Of a stretch of DNA of 64,000 nucleotides, positions 32,189-42,857 are shown in pieces (positions within the stretch are counted from its first letter, which is position 1; the number at the start of each line of letters is the position of its first letter). A program made the translations under genes and the position numbers. Under the pieces are notes generated by a model. The model did no database searches and was not told where the DNA came from. It worked only from the letters and a program-made list of their open reading frames with translations. The DNA is taken from IMG/VR virus record IMGVR_UViG_3300022890_000011, positions 64,001-128,000 of that record. One strand, written 5' to 3'. This DNA is from a virus.

Positions 32189-32680
32189 ATGTCAACATTA
32201 TTATTATGGTGTACAATTATTGCATCAGCTTCAATATTATCAATTATTATAGGATTTATTATAGATGATGAAAATTTTATTTCTTTTGGTATAGCTTTTG
32301 CTTTTATTATTGGTATTCTTGGATTTGCTATTTTGGCAAATTGTCTTACAAATAAGATGGTAACTACTGAAATATTTCCAAAAGTTGTCATAGAAAAAAA
32401 TGTTAATGTTATCACAGTTATTTGGAGTCATGATGAAATTCAACATGAAACTAAATATTTTGATGAAATTAATAAAATAAATGAACATACAAAATGGACA
32501 ATGATTGAGAAATTCAATCATTATGGTTCTTTTAATGGATCTTATATTAAGTATGAAACACCTATAGAATATATTTATGCAGATACATCAAATGTCGAAA
32601 TAATACAATTTCAAAAAAGCCCACCAGATAGTATTAAAAAAGAGATTAAGTTGAATAAGCCTAATATTATGATAAAATGA
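32189..32680 (+). CDS. Membrane protein with two N-terminal TM helices
   Basis: Two hydrophobic segments; same architecture as 33658, 36822 and 37349. Confidence 0.6.
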   Translation: MSTLLLWCTIIASASILSIIIGFIIDDENFISFGIAFAFIIGILGFAILANCLTNKMVTTEIFPKVVIEKNVNVITVIWSHDEIQHETKYFDEINKINEHTKWTMIEKFNHYGSFNGSYIKYETPIEYIYADTSNVEIIQFQKSPPDSIKKEIKLNKPNIMIK

Positions 32681-32879
32681 TAAATCTTAATAAACCAGAA
32701 TATATTCAACATAAAGAATATATTATAAAAGTATCGGATATTTCTGCATTGAGATTTATATTATCTAGTGGAAAGAAAGAAGAATGGAGTGTTAGTAGTA
32801 ATGAATATGAAATATGTAAAAAGAAATTAATAAATTTATTAGAACCAGTTGATTTGGGTGATCTTTAAAACAAATATAA

Positions 32880-33270
32880 ATGAATATATCTGTATCAAAT
32901 AAAAAAGAAGGTTGGTTTATTAATCTATATATTAATGTACCTTATGATAGGATTTCAATAATGGTTTCTGATATAACTGAATTATATTTTCAAGGTGCAA
33001 AGATTAATACATATCCTGATTATTTTAAAAATGAATTTGATTTTGTTAAGAAAGTAAGAAAGTTTAGAGATAGACTTAAATATATTAAAACTGAGAATTG
33101 GGGTATGACCGAAGAATATTATTTTAAAGATGGTGAATTACATAGGTTATGGGGACCTGCGATTGAATATAAATAGAGGTGAAATTAAAACGAAAGAAGA
33201 ATATAGTAAAATGCCTGAAGTACAAAGATTTACAAGAAAATTAAAATTAGAAAGAGTAAGGAGAAAATAA
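32880..33270 (+). pseudogene. Frameshifted gene with LHRxxGPA motif and RK tail
   Basis: LHRLWGPAIEY then a shift near 33170 to ...FTRKLKLERVRRK*. Confidence 0.55.
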
Positions 33271-33572
33271 TGGATGGATATTATCTAGAAGTAAAAAATA
33301 AAGATGAATCAATAGCTTTTCAAGATGTTTGTCGTGAATTAGGTTATGATTGGTTTTTAACAACAAATAAAAATGTAGAAGATAATTATTATATTGTTCC
33401 AAATTATCCTTGTGTAATGTTTATGCAATCTAAGAATATGTCATTAAGGTGGTGTAGTGTGGAATTTTGGAATAGTTCGAGTTTAAAGCCTTATTATACA
33501 TCTACACAAGAATGTAAAGAATATATGAGAAAATTAAGAAAATTAAAACTTTGGAGGGTAAAAGAATGTTAG
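33270..33572 (+). CDS. Hypothetical protein with RK tail
   Basis: Ends LRKLKLWRVKEC*. Confidence 0.55.
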   Translation: MDGYYLEVKNKDESIAFQDVCRELGYDWFLTTNKNVEDNYYIVPNYPCVMFMQSKNMSLRWCSVEFWNSSSLKPYYTSTQECKEYMRKLRKLKLWRVKEC

Positions 33573-33657
33573 TAATGAATATTATAGCTATAGTAATAGT
33601 ATGTTATTTAGTTAGTGATTATGAAATAAAAGATTTATTAAATTTAAAAGGGAAAAA

Positions 33658-34095
33658 ATGACGTTAGGAATATTAATTTGTAGTGGTTTAACATTACTTG
33701 GGATTATAATATTAATTATAGGAATTGTAAAAGGTTATAAAGGTGAAGGTAAACAAATAGTAGGAACTGTGATATTAGTATTAACTGGTTTTATAGGATG
33801 GGGTGTTTGTAATATTGAATGTGTATCTAAAAAAAATATTGAAAAAATTGATGTTGAAGTTGTCATGACTAGTAAATCAGCAATAGTTGAATATATGTAT
33901 GATGATAGACTTAGACAAAAAGTTTACGAAAATGTTGCAGAATATACTATGATTAGAGATTATGAACTTGAATGGACTATAACAACTAAATATAATCAAT
34001 ATAGTTATGAATCATTTGGAAGTCTCGATTATAGTGTTATTGAAAAGAAAGAAAAAAAGGAAGAAAATAAAGTTAAATCTAATAATTTACAATGA
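33658..34095 (+). CDS. Membrane protein with two N-terminal TM helices
   Basis: Two hydrophobic segments then a soluble domain. Confidence 0.6.
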   Translation: MTLGILICSGLTLLGIIILIIGIVKGYKGEGKQIVGTVILVLTGFIGWGVCNIECVSKKNIEKIDVEVVMTSKSAIVEYMYDDRLRQKVYENVAEYTMIRDYELEWTITTKYNQYSYESFGSLDYSVIEKKEKKEENKVKSNNLQ

Positions 34096-34797
34096 ATAAT
34101 TCTACAAATTTTTTAGCTAACATTTCACCTAATGAAGATGAATCGAAAATAAGATTATTTGAGTTATTTAAAGAATCTTGTGATTCAAATTCTAAATTAA
34201 TTGATATTGTTAACAATGGTAATTTTAGAGATGAAAATAATGTTTGGAAAATTGGTTTAGATAAGTTACCAAAAATACGAGAATATCGTGGATATAAATG
34301 GAATAGAAAAGATGACGTTAAATATACTTATTCTTCTATGAAGAGGTTTAGATTTGCTGATAATGAAACATTAGATATAATTGCCTGTTATTATAATTAT
34401 GCTGAACAATATATTATAAAAGAGAAATATAGGAAATTACAATTCTTTGGTCTTTGGCACATTGATTCTGTTAGAAGTGTAAATATATTTGATAAATTAA
34501 AACCAGTTGTAGAAGATTTGATGCCAATTATGAAATCTGAATATTCTAAATACAATTATGAAATCTGAATATTCTAAATACAATTGGGAAACTGAATATC
34601 AGAAATATGGAACAGATGCATATCAAGAAATATATTTTGGTTGTAAAAAATATTATTTAGAATATGATAAATTATATTGTGAAATTAGTAAAGGAGAATT
34701 AGATTGTCTTAATGAATATTATGAAAATGGTATTAAAGATATATTATTTGAAAAATTAGAAAGAAGATTATATAAATTAAAGAATGAACAGGATTAA
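34092..34797 (+). pseudogene. Single gene split in two by a 28-bp tandem duplication
   Basis: caattatgaaatctgaatattctaaata occurs twice (34525-34580); removing one copy fuses 34092..34568 with 34558..34797. Confidence 0.7.
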
Positions 34798-35077
34798 AAG
34801 TTTTTTACGATATAATTTTTCGAATAAAAAGAAAGTACGAAAATACCTTGGAGGTTATTGGGAATATTGGACTGTTAATGAATTTGGTGAATTGTGGTTA
34901 AAAGTTTCAGAGAAAAATGCTTTTAAAAAAGATTATAAACCTCCTCTTGATAGAGAAACACCATATTGTGAATATTATGATATAGGTTTTTTTGGTAATA
35001 AGAGGGAATTAACTGATAAAATGTTAAAAAGATTAGACAGAAAAAGAAAATTAAAAAGAGTAAAAAATGAAAATTAG
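34784..35077 (+). CDS. Hypothetical protein with RK tail
   Basis: Ends DRKRKLKRVKNEN*. Confidence 0.55.
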   Translation: MNRIKSFLRYNFSNKKKVRKYLGGYWEYWTVNEFGELWLKVSEKNAFKKDYKPPLDRETPYCEYYDIGFFGNKRELTDKMLKRLDRKRKLKRVKNEN

Positions 35078-35393
35078 AAGTGGTTTTGTAAGTAATTCTT
35101 CAAGTAGTTCTTTTATAATTGAAAGAAAGAATCTTACTAAGAAACAAATAAGTAAGATTAAAAATCATATTGATGAACATAATAAAATGGATCCTTTGGA
35201 TCAATATAATCATTGTGATGGATGGTCTATTTATGAAAATTTACCAGAAGGTTATAGTGAATATGATGATAAAGTAAAAAGAAAATATCGTCAAGGACAT
35301 ATTGAAGGGTATTGTAACATGGATAATTTTAGTATGTATAGTTTTCTGGAAGAAATAGGTGTGCTTGATAATGATATTAATTGGACATATTAA
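35067..35393 (+). CDS. MKIRxGFVSNSSSSS-leader protein 1
   Basis: MKIRSGFVSNSSSSSFII; MDNF motif shared with 40301..40753. Confidence 0.75.
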   Translation: MKIRSGFVSNSSSSSFIIERKNLTKKQISKIKNHIDEHNKMDPLDQYNHCDGWSIYENLPEGYSEYDDKVKRKYRQGHIEGYCNMDNFSMYSFLEEIGVLDNDINWTY

Positions 35394-35437
35394 TTAAACA
35401 ATTAAGAATAAAAATCATAAAAAAAGAAAAATTAAAT

Positions 35438-35743
35438 ATGAAAATTAGAAATGGATTTGTAAGTAATTCTTCAAGTAGCTCATTTGTCATAATTGGATTT
35501 ATTCCTACAAAAGATGAATATGAAAAGTATGAGGAACAATTAGAAGATTTTGATCACACTTGTGAATCTTTTGACAATGGTGATGCGTATGGATTTTTTA
35601 TTGCAGTAGATGATGGAGAAGGTGACCAAGTAGAGAGTGAGATTGATTTTGATCAAATCACAAAATGGAGAGATGAACTTATTGAAAAGTTTGAAATTGA
35701 TGAAGAAAGAATTAAGTTATATTCAGGTATAATGATGTCTTAA
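35438..35743 (+). CDS. MKIRxGFVSNSSSSS-leader protein 2 (start 35438 rather than 35381)
   Basis: MKIRNGFVSNSSSSSFVI; acidic body. Confidence 0.75.
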   Translation: MKIRNGFVSNSSSSSFVIIGFIPTKDEYEKYEEQLEDFDHTCESFDNGDAYGFFIAVDDGEGDQVESEIDFDQITKWRDELIEKFEIDEERIKLYSGIMMS

Positions 35744-35799
35744 ATGAGATAAATTATGATTAAAAAAGAAGATTTAGAATTAAAAAATAAATAAAAAAT

Positions 35800-36306
35800 A
35801 TGAAAATTAGAAATGGATTTGTAAGTAATAGTAGTTCCAGTTCATATATATGTGATGTGTGTGGACATGATGAATCAGGTTGGGATTTGTGTTTATCAGA
35901 TGCAGAAATGGTAGAATGTGCATCAGGACATGTAATGTGTTGTTCGCATGTTGAAGCAACAAAAGCCGAAATATATATTGCTATGGTTGAAGAAGGAATA
36001 GAAAAATATGGTAATACATATGATCATGAAGATAAATTGAAAGAAATTCAAGTTATTGAAGATGAAAAAGAAAGAGAAAATTTTTGTAATGATGCTTTAT
36101 ATGAAACAGATTGGGAATATTCTTTTCCTTCAAAATTGTGTCCTATTTGTTCATTAAAGCAAATAAATGATAGTGAATTAGTACAATATTTAAAACATGG
36201 TGTAGGAATTGACATGGATTCTGTTATGAAAGATATGCGAAGTAAGTTTAAGGATTATGATGAATTTCAAACATTTTTAATAGAAAGGAGGAAAAATGAA
36301 AATTAG
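35800..36306 (+). CDS. MKIRxGFVSNSSSSS-leader protein 3, Cys-rich Zn-binding body
   Basis: Leader then CDVC...CASGHVMC...CPIC. Confidence 0.75.
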   Translation: MKIRNGFVSNSSSSSYICDVCGHDESGWDLCLSDAEMVECASGHVMCCSHVEATKAEIYIAMVEEGIEKYGNTYDHEDKLKEIQVIEDEKERENFCNDALYETDWEYSFPSKLCPICSLKQINDSELVQYLKHGVGIDMDSVMKDMRSKFKDYDEFQTFLIERRKNEN

Positions 36307-36829
36307 ATTAGGATTTGTAAGTAACAGTAGCTCAAGTAGTTATATTTGTGATATTTGTGGTGAAGATGCAACAGGTTATGATATTTCTTTAGAAGAATAT
36401 GAGATGTATGTTTGTAAGAATGGTCATGTTTTTTGTGAAGAACATATGAAAGTTATTCCAACAAATATTGAATTATTAAAAGTTATTTTTGAAGGTGAAG
36501 TGAAAAAGTATAAAAAATGGCTTGAAGATAATCCTGGTGAAGATTATGAAAAATGGTTAAAAGAGGCTGAAGATAATATTAATGAATTGAATACTCTTTC
36601 AGAATCTGAAATTGAAAAAAAAGTAGATGATGAATGGTATGATTATATTAGTGAATCAAGGTATGAATATCCTCCTAAATATTGCCCGTTGTGTAGATTT
36701 GATTATTTATCAAAAAAAGATGTTTATGAATATGTTGATAAGAAATATTCAATAGAGAAAGTTAAAAAAGAAATCAATGAAAAATTTGATAATTATGAAC
36801 AATTTAAAAACCATTTAAAAAATGATTAA
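36296..36829 (+). CDS. MKIRxGFVSNSSSSS-leader protein 4, Cys-rich Zn-binding body
   Basis: Leader then CDIC...CKNGHVFC...CPLC. Confidence 0.75.
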   Translation: MKIRLGFVSNSSSSSYICDICGEDATGYDISLEEYEMYVCKNGHVFCEEHMKVIPTNIELLKVIFEGEVKKYKKWLEDNPGEDYEKWLKEAEDNINELNTLSESEIEKKVDDEWYDYISESRYEYPPKYCPLCRFDYLSKKDVYEYVDKKYSIEKVKKEINEKFDNYEQFKNHLKND

Positions 36830-37768
36830 TACACTAATACTTGGAGGATTTGCCATAATATTGACTTATTGTGGAATTATGCTGTTTATAAATGCAAAGA
36901 AACGAAATGATGAGTGGGCTGCATTTCATGGTATTTTGTCATTAGTTGTCATAATATTTTTTCTTGTCTTTGGAAATGTTAAAATATACGAACATGAAAT
37001 AGATATAAGCGATAAATGTATTATGTTTGATATTAATAATGGTGTTTGTGTTGAATATCAAGGTGTGTATTATACAGATAAAAGTGTTTCTGCTAGAAAA
37101 TATAAATACGATTCACCAACTGTCATATTACATGATACATATACATTATTTTCAGATTCTAAGGATCAAGAAAATTATATAAAAATAAAACCTAATAAAA
37201 AGAAAAAGAAAGTAAATGAAAAGAAAGTAACAGATAAAGTTACTGATAAATGGCCATCGGATACTATCGGGGACTTTAATAAGGAACAAAAAGTAAATTC
37301 TGAAAATCAGAATTTTAAGAAAAATATAACAACTTTAAATTAAAAAACATGTTTTTAGGATTTTCAATAATAATAATATTATTCTTTGCAATTTTATTTA
37401 TTTTTTCTATAAAGAAAAATTATGAAGGAAATGTAGTTTATTCTAGTATATTTGGTGTGATTTCAATAATTTTTTTAACATGTGCATTATTTGTATTACC
37501 AGTTAAACAAGAACTAATAATATTAGATGAAAGTGAATATTTATATGAAACTTTTATTGAAAATGGAAAATTAAATGTAGAAATCGAGTGGAAAAATAAA
37601 AGTTTTTTCACTAAATCAGGGGTTGGTTATTTAGAAGGTGATTGTGAAGTAATTTTAATTCGAGAAATATCATCATTCGGCACCACCATTAATATATATG
37701 ATGATTACATTTTATACATAGTTCCAAAAGAGAAATTAGAAAAAGTTAACGATAAATATAAAAAATAA
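36822..37768 (+). CDS. Two membrane proteins with N-terminal TM hairpins (36822..37343, 37349..37768)
   Basis: Paired hydrophobic segments. Confidence 0.55.
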
Positions 37769-38787
37769 TGAGTCATTTTACAGTCCTAGTAATAGGAGAT
37801 AACCCAGAAGAACAACTAGCACCATTTCAAGAAAACAATATGGATGATTGTCCAAAAGAATATTTAGAATTCTATGAAACAGAATTAGGATATCAAGAGG
37901 AATGGGATTTAAACGAACTCAAGATCAGAAAACATTATCCAAATAAAAAAATTGATATCACGGAAGATCAACTTGAGCAATTGTGTGTAAAAGGCACAAT
38001 TAATATGGAGAAAGAATTTGAATCATGGAACAAAGTTAATGAAAATGATATTTGTGAACTTAATTGTAATCAAATAGTGAGTTTTGGTGTTGTTAAAGGT
38101 ATTTTATTTGATGAAGAAAGCAAACTTCAAAATTTTGTAATTATTCAAATGGAAAATAAAGAGAAAACTATTCAAGAACAGTATGGTACTTTTGAAAATT
38201 TTGTTTCTGAATACCATGGATTGTCTGAAAGAGATTCAGAATATAATAGATATGGTTATTGGGAAAATACTAGAGCTAAATGGGATTGGTATGAATTAGG
38301 TGGTAGATGGAGTGGTTTTTTTAGATTAAAAAATGGTTCGCATGGAAGTTTAGGTAGACCAGGTGTATTTGATAATATTCCTGAACATGGTACAGTGGAT
38401 CAAGCTTATAAGAAGGATATTAATTTTGATTTAATGAGAACAGAAAATTTTGAAAGAGCTTCAGAAAAGTGGGAAAAATGGGAAGAATTGAATAATTCTA
38501 ATACAGAAGACGCAAAAAATAAAGCTTATTGGTCATTTGGTATTATTAATATTGGAGATAAAGATAATTTTATACCAGAAGATAAAATAAGTTATTTGAA
38601 AAGACAAAGTAATATAAACACATTTGCAATTTTAAAAGATGGTGAATGGTATGAAAAAGGTGAAATGGGTTGGTTTGGTATGTATAATGATGAAATGAGT
38701 GAAGATGAATGGGGAGAAAAATTTGATGAACTTTTAGTTAATTTAACAGGTGACACATTACTTAGCGTATATGATTGTCATATTTAA
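37768..38787 (+). CDS. Conserved phage hypothetical protein (Trp-rich)
   Basis: MSHFTVLVIG...AKWDWYELGGRW...GEWYEKGEMGWFG...YDCHI*, a pattern recalled from uncharacterised large-phage proteins. Confidence 0.6.
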   Translation: MSHFTVLVIGDNPEEQLAPFQENNMDDCPKEYLEFYETELGYQEEWDLNELKIRKHYPNKKIDITEDQLEQLCVKGTINMEKEFESWNKVNENDICELNCNQIVSFGVVKGILFDEESKLQNFVIIQMENKEKTIQEQYGTFENFVSEYHGLSERDSEYNRYGYWENTRAKWDWYELGGRWSGFFRLKNGSHGSLGRPGVFDNIPEHGTVDQAYKKDINFDLMRTENFERASEKWEKWEELNNSNTEDAKNKAYWSFGIINIGDKDNFIPEDKISYLKRQSNINTFAILKDGEWYEKGEMGWFGMYNDEMSEDEWGEKFDELLVNLTGDTLLSVYDCHI

Positions 38788-38852
38788 AAATATAAAAATA
38801 TGAGAGAAAAAGATTATAAACAAGTATCATTTCAAAATAAGTTAAAATTATA

Positions 38853-39113
38853 ATGGAGATTTATAAATCATTTTGTATAGATAAAATAAGTAGAACTTTG
38901 GTTGGTTATAATAAAATTTGTATAGTTCATTTTATGATAGATTCTGTTTTAATAGGTTATTATAAAGGTTGTCATACTTATCCATTTAATGTTGATCAAG
39001 GTGCATATGTTATGGAAAAAATGTCATTTCTTGATTTAATACTTAGATTTGAAATTGATGCTAAAGATTATGTACCTGAATTAATTGAAGGCAATAAAAT
39101 GGATTTATTATGA
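38853..39113 (+). CDS. Hypothetical protein with KLGL-type tail
   Basis: Ends EGNKMDLL*. Confidence 0.5.
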   Translation: MEIYKSFCIDKISRTLVGYNKICIVHFMIDSVLIGYYKGCHTYPFNVDQGAYVMEKMSFLDLILRFEIDAKDYVPELIEGNKMDLL

Positions 39114-39562
39114 AAAGATTATTTATTATAAGACACGGAAAAGCAGAAGATCACGATCAATCAGATTTTGAAAGATCTTTAACAAAAAAAGGCAAAAGGG
39201 TTAGTAGAGAAGTGGCTAAATCGTTATATAATGATGGATACCAAATTGATAATTTTATTACGAGTCCTGGTTTTAGATCATTAGAAACTTGTATAATATT
39301 TGCAGATGAATTTGGTTATAATGTTGAAGATATAATAATTAATAGTGATTTATATTTTAATGTTACAACTAATGAATATCAAAATATTTTTGACCAATGT
39401 CCGGGTTCTGATAATATTGCTATAGTTGGACATAATCCGTTTTTATCATTTTTAGTTCATCATCTAACTGGTAAAATTGTTAATATGATTAAAAGTGGAG
39501 TGTCAGTTATAGAATTTAATGATGGTATGACAGAAGCTAAATTAATTTTATATAAAAACTAA
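39110..39562 (+). CDS. sixA: SixA-like phosphohistidine phosphatase
   Basis: IIRHGKA, DFERSLT..G, SP..RS.ET, IVGHNP. Confidence 0.88.
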   Translation: MKRLFIIRHGKAEDHDQSDFERSLTKKGKRVSREVAKSLYNDGYQIDNFITSPGFRSLETCIIFADEFGYNVEDIIINSDLYFNVTTNEYQNIFDQCPGSDNIAIVGHNPFLSFLVHHLTGKIVNMIKSGVSVIEFNDGMTEAKLILYKN

Positions 39563-39634
39563 TGAAAATAACAAAACAAGAAGGTGGAGATATAGAATAT
39601 CAAATTGAAGAAGATATAATCGAATTAATTAAAG

Positions 39635-39985
39635 ATGAAAATTAGAAAAGGATTTGTGAGTAACAGCTCATCAAGTAGTTATATTTGTGATATTTGTGGT
39701 GATGCTTTTGAAATGTGGGATGAGTCTCCTACTTCATGTGAATATGGTCATTATTTTTGTTATGATTGTATTCCAGATAACTGTGAAGGTGAAGGAAGTG
39801 TTGAAGAAAAGGATTGTCCTTATTGTTCATTTGAGAAAATTTCAGAATATGATTTTAATAATTATATTTTAGCTAAATATAATTTAAATAAAGGAGATAT
39901 TGAAAATGAAATTTATGAGAGATTTGAGAACTTTTCAGAATTTATAATTTATATTAACGAAAATAAGAATAGAAAATGCGATTAG
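39635..39985 (+). CDS. MKIRxGFVSNSSSSS-leader protein 5, Cys-rich
   Basis: Leader then CDIC...CEYGHYFCYDC...CPYC. Confidence 0.75.
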   Translation: MKIRKGFVSNSSSSSYICDICGDAFEMWDESPTSCEYGHYFCYDCIPDNCEGEGSVEEKDCPYCSFEKISEYDFNNYILAKYNLNKGDIENEIYERFENFSEFIIYINENKNRKCD

Positions 39986-40311
39986 AAAATTTAGAAACAA
40001 GAGTAATTGGTTATATTGGTGTAGATGCAGGTATTGTGTGGATTGGAGACCCATGTTATATAATGCATAAAGATAAACCTTATAAATCTATTGGTAAAGA
40101 TTGGGGTGATTTTTGTGATAAACTTGGTGATAGTTATGTTAAATCATTTAATTATGACATGGGGCACGAGGGTTTAGGTGTTTGTACATCTACTAAACAC
40201 GGTGATGGTCATTATCCAGTTATCGGGTTTTTTGAACCAGGTGCACAAAGACCATCATGTGTAATGGTTGATTTTGATAACATTTTTAATAACGAAGAAG
40301 ATGAAGATTAG
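39976..40311 (+). CDS. DUF4241-like hypothetical protein
   Basis: GVDAGIVWIGDPCY...GDGHYPV. Confidence 0.5.
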   Translation: MRLENLETRVIGYIGVDAGIVWIGDPCYIMHKDKPYKSIGKDWGDFCDKLGDSYVKSFNYDMGHEGLGVCTSTKHGDGHYPVIGFFEPGAQRPSCVMVDFDNIFNNEEDED

Positions 40312-40753
40312 AAGTGGTTTTGTAAGTAATAGTAGTTCATCATCTTTCTTAATTTTAAAAGAAGGATTAAGTGATGAACAAATTAGTTCTGTGATAGAAC
40401 ATAAGAAACATGCTGATAATTATTTTAATAGTAATGATAGATTAACTGATGAATATCATGAGAATGAAGAAGATGGTTATTCACCTTTTCATCAATTGTA
40501 TGGATTTTGGGATATAGATGGTTATGATGTGTGGAATATAGAAGATCATTTAAATTATATATTAACTGAAAATGGTATGGATAATTTTGATTTGATGAGT
40601 TTTTGTATTGATATATTTAATATACCAAAAGATAATATTTATACGGTTGAAAGTGATATGTATTATTATATTAATGATGTAGATAGTTTTGTAAAACAGA
40701 CAATTACAGAAAGTCGTAAAAATAAACTCGAAAGAGTAAAAAATAAAAAATAA
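40301..40753 (+). CDS. MKIRxGFVSNSSSSS-leader protein 6, also carrying an RK tail
   Basis: MKIRSGFVSNSSSSSFLI ... SRKNKLERVKNKK*. Confidence 0.75.
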   Translation: MKIRSGFVSNSSSSSFLILKEGLSDEQISSVIEHKKHADNYFNSNDRLTDEYHENEEDGYSPFHQLYGFWDIDGYDVWNIEDHLNYILTENGMDNFDLMSFCIDIFNIPKDNIYTVESDMYYYINDVDSFVKQTITESRKNKLERVKNKK

Positions 40754-40756
40754 AGA

Positions 40757-41242
40757 ATGGGAACGAGAAGTTCAATTGCAATTAAAACAGAAGATGGTAC
40801 ATATAAAGGAATATATTGTCATTGGGATGGTTATTTAGACCATAATGGTATTATACTATATGAATCTTATGACACTTATGAAAAAGTACTTGAATTAGTA
40901 AATTTAGGTGATGCTTCATCTTTAGATCATAGTTCTAAATTAGTTGAAGGACATACATATGATACAAAAAAAGAAGGATGTTCCACATTCTATCATCGAG
41001 ATAGAGGTGAAAAATGGGAGGATGTTGCTCCAAAAGAGTTCGATACATATAAAGAATTGTTAGATTATTTAGGTCAAGGATATGATTATATTTTTGAAGA
41101 TGGTGAATGGTATGATAATGGAAAAGGTAAATTAGAGGATTTACTTATTAATACTGAACATGCTTCAAGAGTAAAGGAATTAAAGAAAAAGAGAATACAA
41201 ACAGATAGAAAACTTAAAATAGAGAGAATAAATGAAGATTAG
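40757..41242 (+). CDS. Conserved phage hypothetical protein with RK tail
   Basis: MGTRSSI...IYCHWDGY...FYHRDRGE; ends DRKLKIERINED*. Confidence 0.6.
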   Translation: MGTRSSIAIKTEDGTYKGIYCHWDGYLDHNGIILYESYDTYEKVLELVNLGDASSLDHSSKLVEGHTYDTKKEGCSTFYHRDRGEKWEDVAPKEFDTYKELLDYLGQGYDYIFEDGEWYDNGKGKLEDLLINTEHASRVKELKKKRIQTDRKLKIERINED

Positions 41243-41792
41243 AAGTGGTTTTGTAAGCAATAGTAGTTCATCATCTTTCATATTAAGAAAAGATGATTAT
41301 TTTCCTGATTCATATAGCTTAGCGGCTAGCATGATAAAAGTTAGAGAATGGAATAATGATGGTGAACTAGTTGATAAATTAATTAGTAAAGTGGAGGCTG
41401 GTGAAAGTTATCCTAATATTAGTTTTGCATCTTGTAATTATGATACGTTTATAGTTGATGAAGGAGATTATTTATTATGTGAAACTTGTAATAATCATGC
41501 ACATTGGAATATAACTGATTATGGTGATAATATTAGTTTTGCATCTTTACCAGAAGAAATAAGATTAAAATATAGTAGAGATGGTGATATGAATCTTACT
41601 GGAAAATATAGTGAAGAAGAAAAAGATTGTGATGAATTTTGGTTTGTAGAACATGATATAATTGGTAAATTAGCTTCTAAATATACTAATGGAAAATATA
41701 ATAATGATACATATTGTTCTGAATGTTATACTGATTATGTTGTAATTGATGGTGTTGCACAATGTCCAAGATGTAGAAAAGTAGATGAATAA
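41232..41792 (+). CDS. MKIRxGFVSNSSSSS-leader protein 7
   Basis: Leader; SCNYDT, TCNNH, C-terminal CSEC...CPRC. Confidence 0.75.
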   Translation: MKIRSGFVSNSSSSSFILRKDDYFPDSYSLAASMIKVREWNNDGELVDKLISKVEAGESYPNISFASCNYDTFIVDEGDYLLCETCNNHAHWNITDYGDNISFASLPEEIRLKYSRDGDMNLTGKYSEEEKDCDEFWFVEHDIIGKLASKYTNGKYNNDTYCSECYTDYVVIDGVAQCPRCRKVDE

Positions 41793-42431
41793 GTATTTTA
41801 AAGATATATTAAATAATTCTCAGTTTACAATGATATCAGGAAAAACTAATAGTGGCAAAACTAGATTTTTAATGTGGTTAGCTGCTTTATGTTCAGAAAA
41901 TAACAAGGTCTTATACATTTCTACAGAAATGAGTGAAAGACATGTTATTAATAATTTTTCACCATTATTGAATGTTGATTTACATAAAAAATGGATTAGA
42001 ACTGCTAGAAAACTTAAAATGGATAGAATTAAAGGTAATATCGAATATAAAAATATACCAGGTATTGTTATTAAACATACTCAATATGTTGATGATATTA
42101 AAAAATTGGTTGGTGATTATGATGTTGTTGTTATTGATTCTATATTAATTTAATATTGGAAAAAGATAGAAGGTTATATTCATATAAAGAACAAAATGAT
42201 TTTATTAATATATTTACGGGAAAAGTTATTATATCATCTCAATTATATAGAAATGGAGATATTTTAACATCTAGTTTTCCAATGAAATTGTTTACGAATA
42301 GTGATTCTGTATTTTCTATTGAAAAAGAAGATAATTTTTTATTAAGTAAGATTGAATGTCACAAAAATAGATATTTACCTATTGGTTTAGTACCTAAAAA
42401 ATTTGATTTATCAAAAATGAATTTTGTTTAA
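41785..42431 (+). pseudogene. DnaB/RecA-fold ATPase domain split by a frameshift
   Basis: GKTNSGKT, LYISTEM, VVVIDS, then (other frame) SSQLYR, SDSVF, KNRY; removing one AT from TATAT at about 42141-45 gives DSINLI and joins the two ORFs. Confidence 0.7.
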
Positions 42432-42629
42432 AAATAAAATATTAGAGATGAGAGAATTTTTATTAGAATTAAAGAATAAATATCCAAATGATCAAGATTT
42501 TGGTGAAAAAATGAGAGAATTGTTATTAGATGAAGAATTATTATATTTTTTATCTGAAATTGAAGAAGATTTTATAATGAATGTTTGGTATGATGATAAA
42601 GTAAATGAATTAAAAAAGAAATATTTATA

Positions 42630-42812
42630 ATGAAATATTAAAAATTATTTGACGAAGAAGTATTAAAAAATATGATACTTTCAAATTTATATGAATCTTT
42701 TGATAGAGGTGGTATTGAATTAGAAGATTATGTTGATGATCTTGATTTAGAAGTACGTGTTTATATATCAATGATTGAACCATGGAAAACGACAATAAAA
42801 TTCGAAGATTAA
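42630..42812 (+). pseudogene. Capsid-targeting-like ORF with a nonsense codon at position 4
   Basis: ATG AAA TAT TAA AAA TTA TTT GAC GAA = MKY*KLFDE; frame then open to 42812. Confidence 0.45.
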
Positions 42813-42857
42813 AAACTTAAAATTTATTTAAGTATAAATAATAAATACAAGAAAAAT

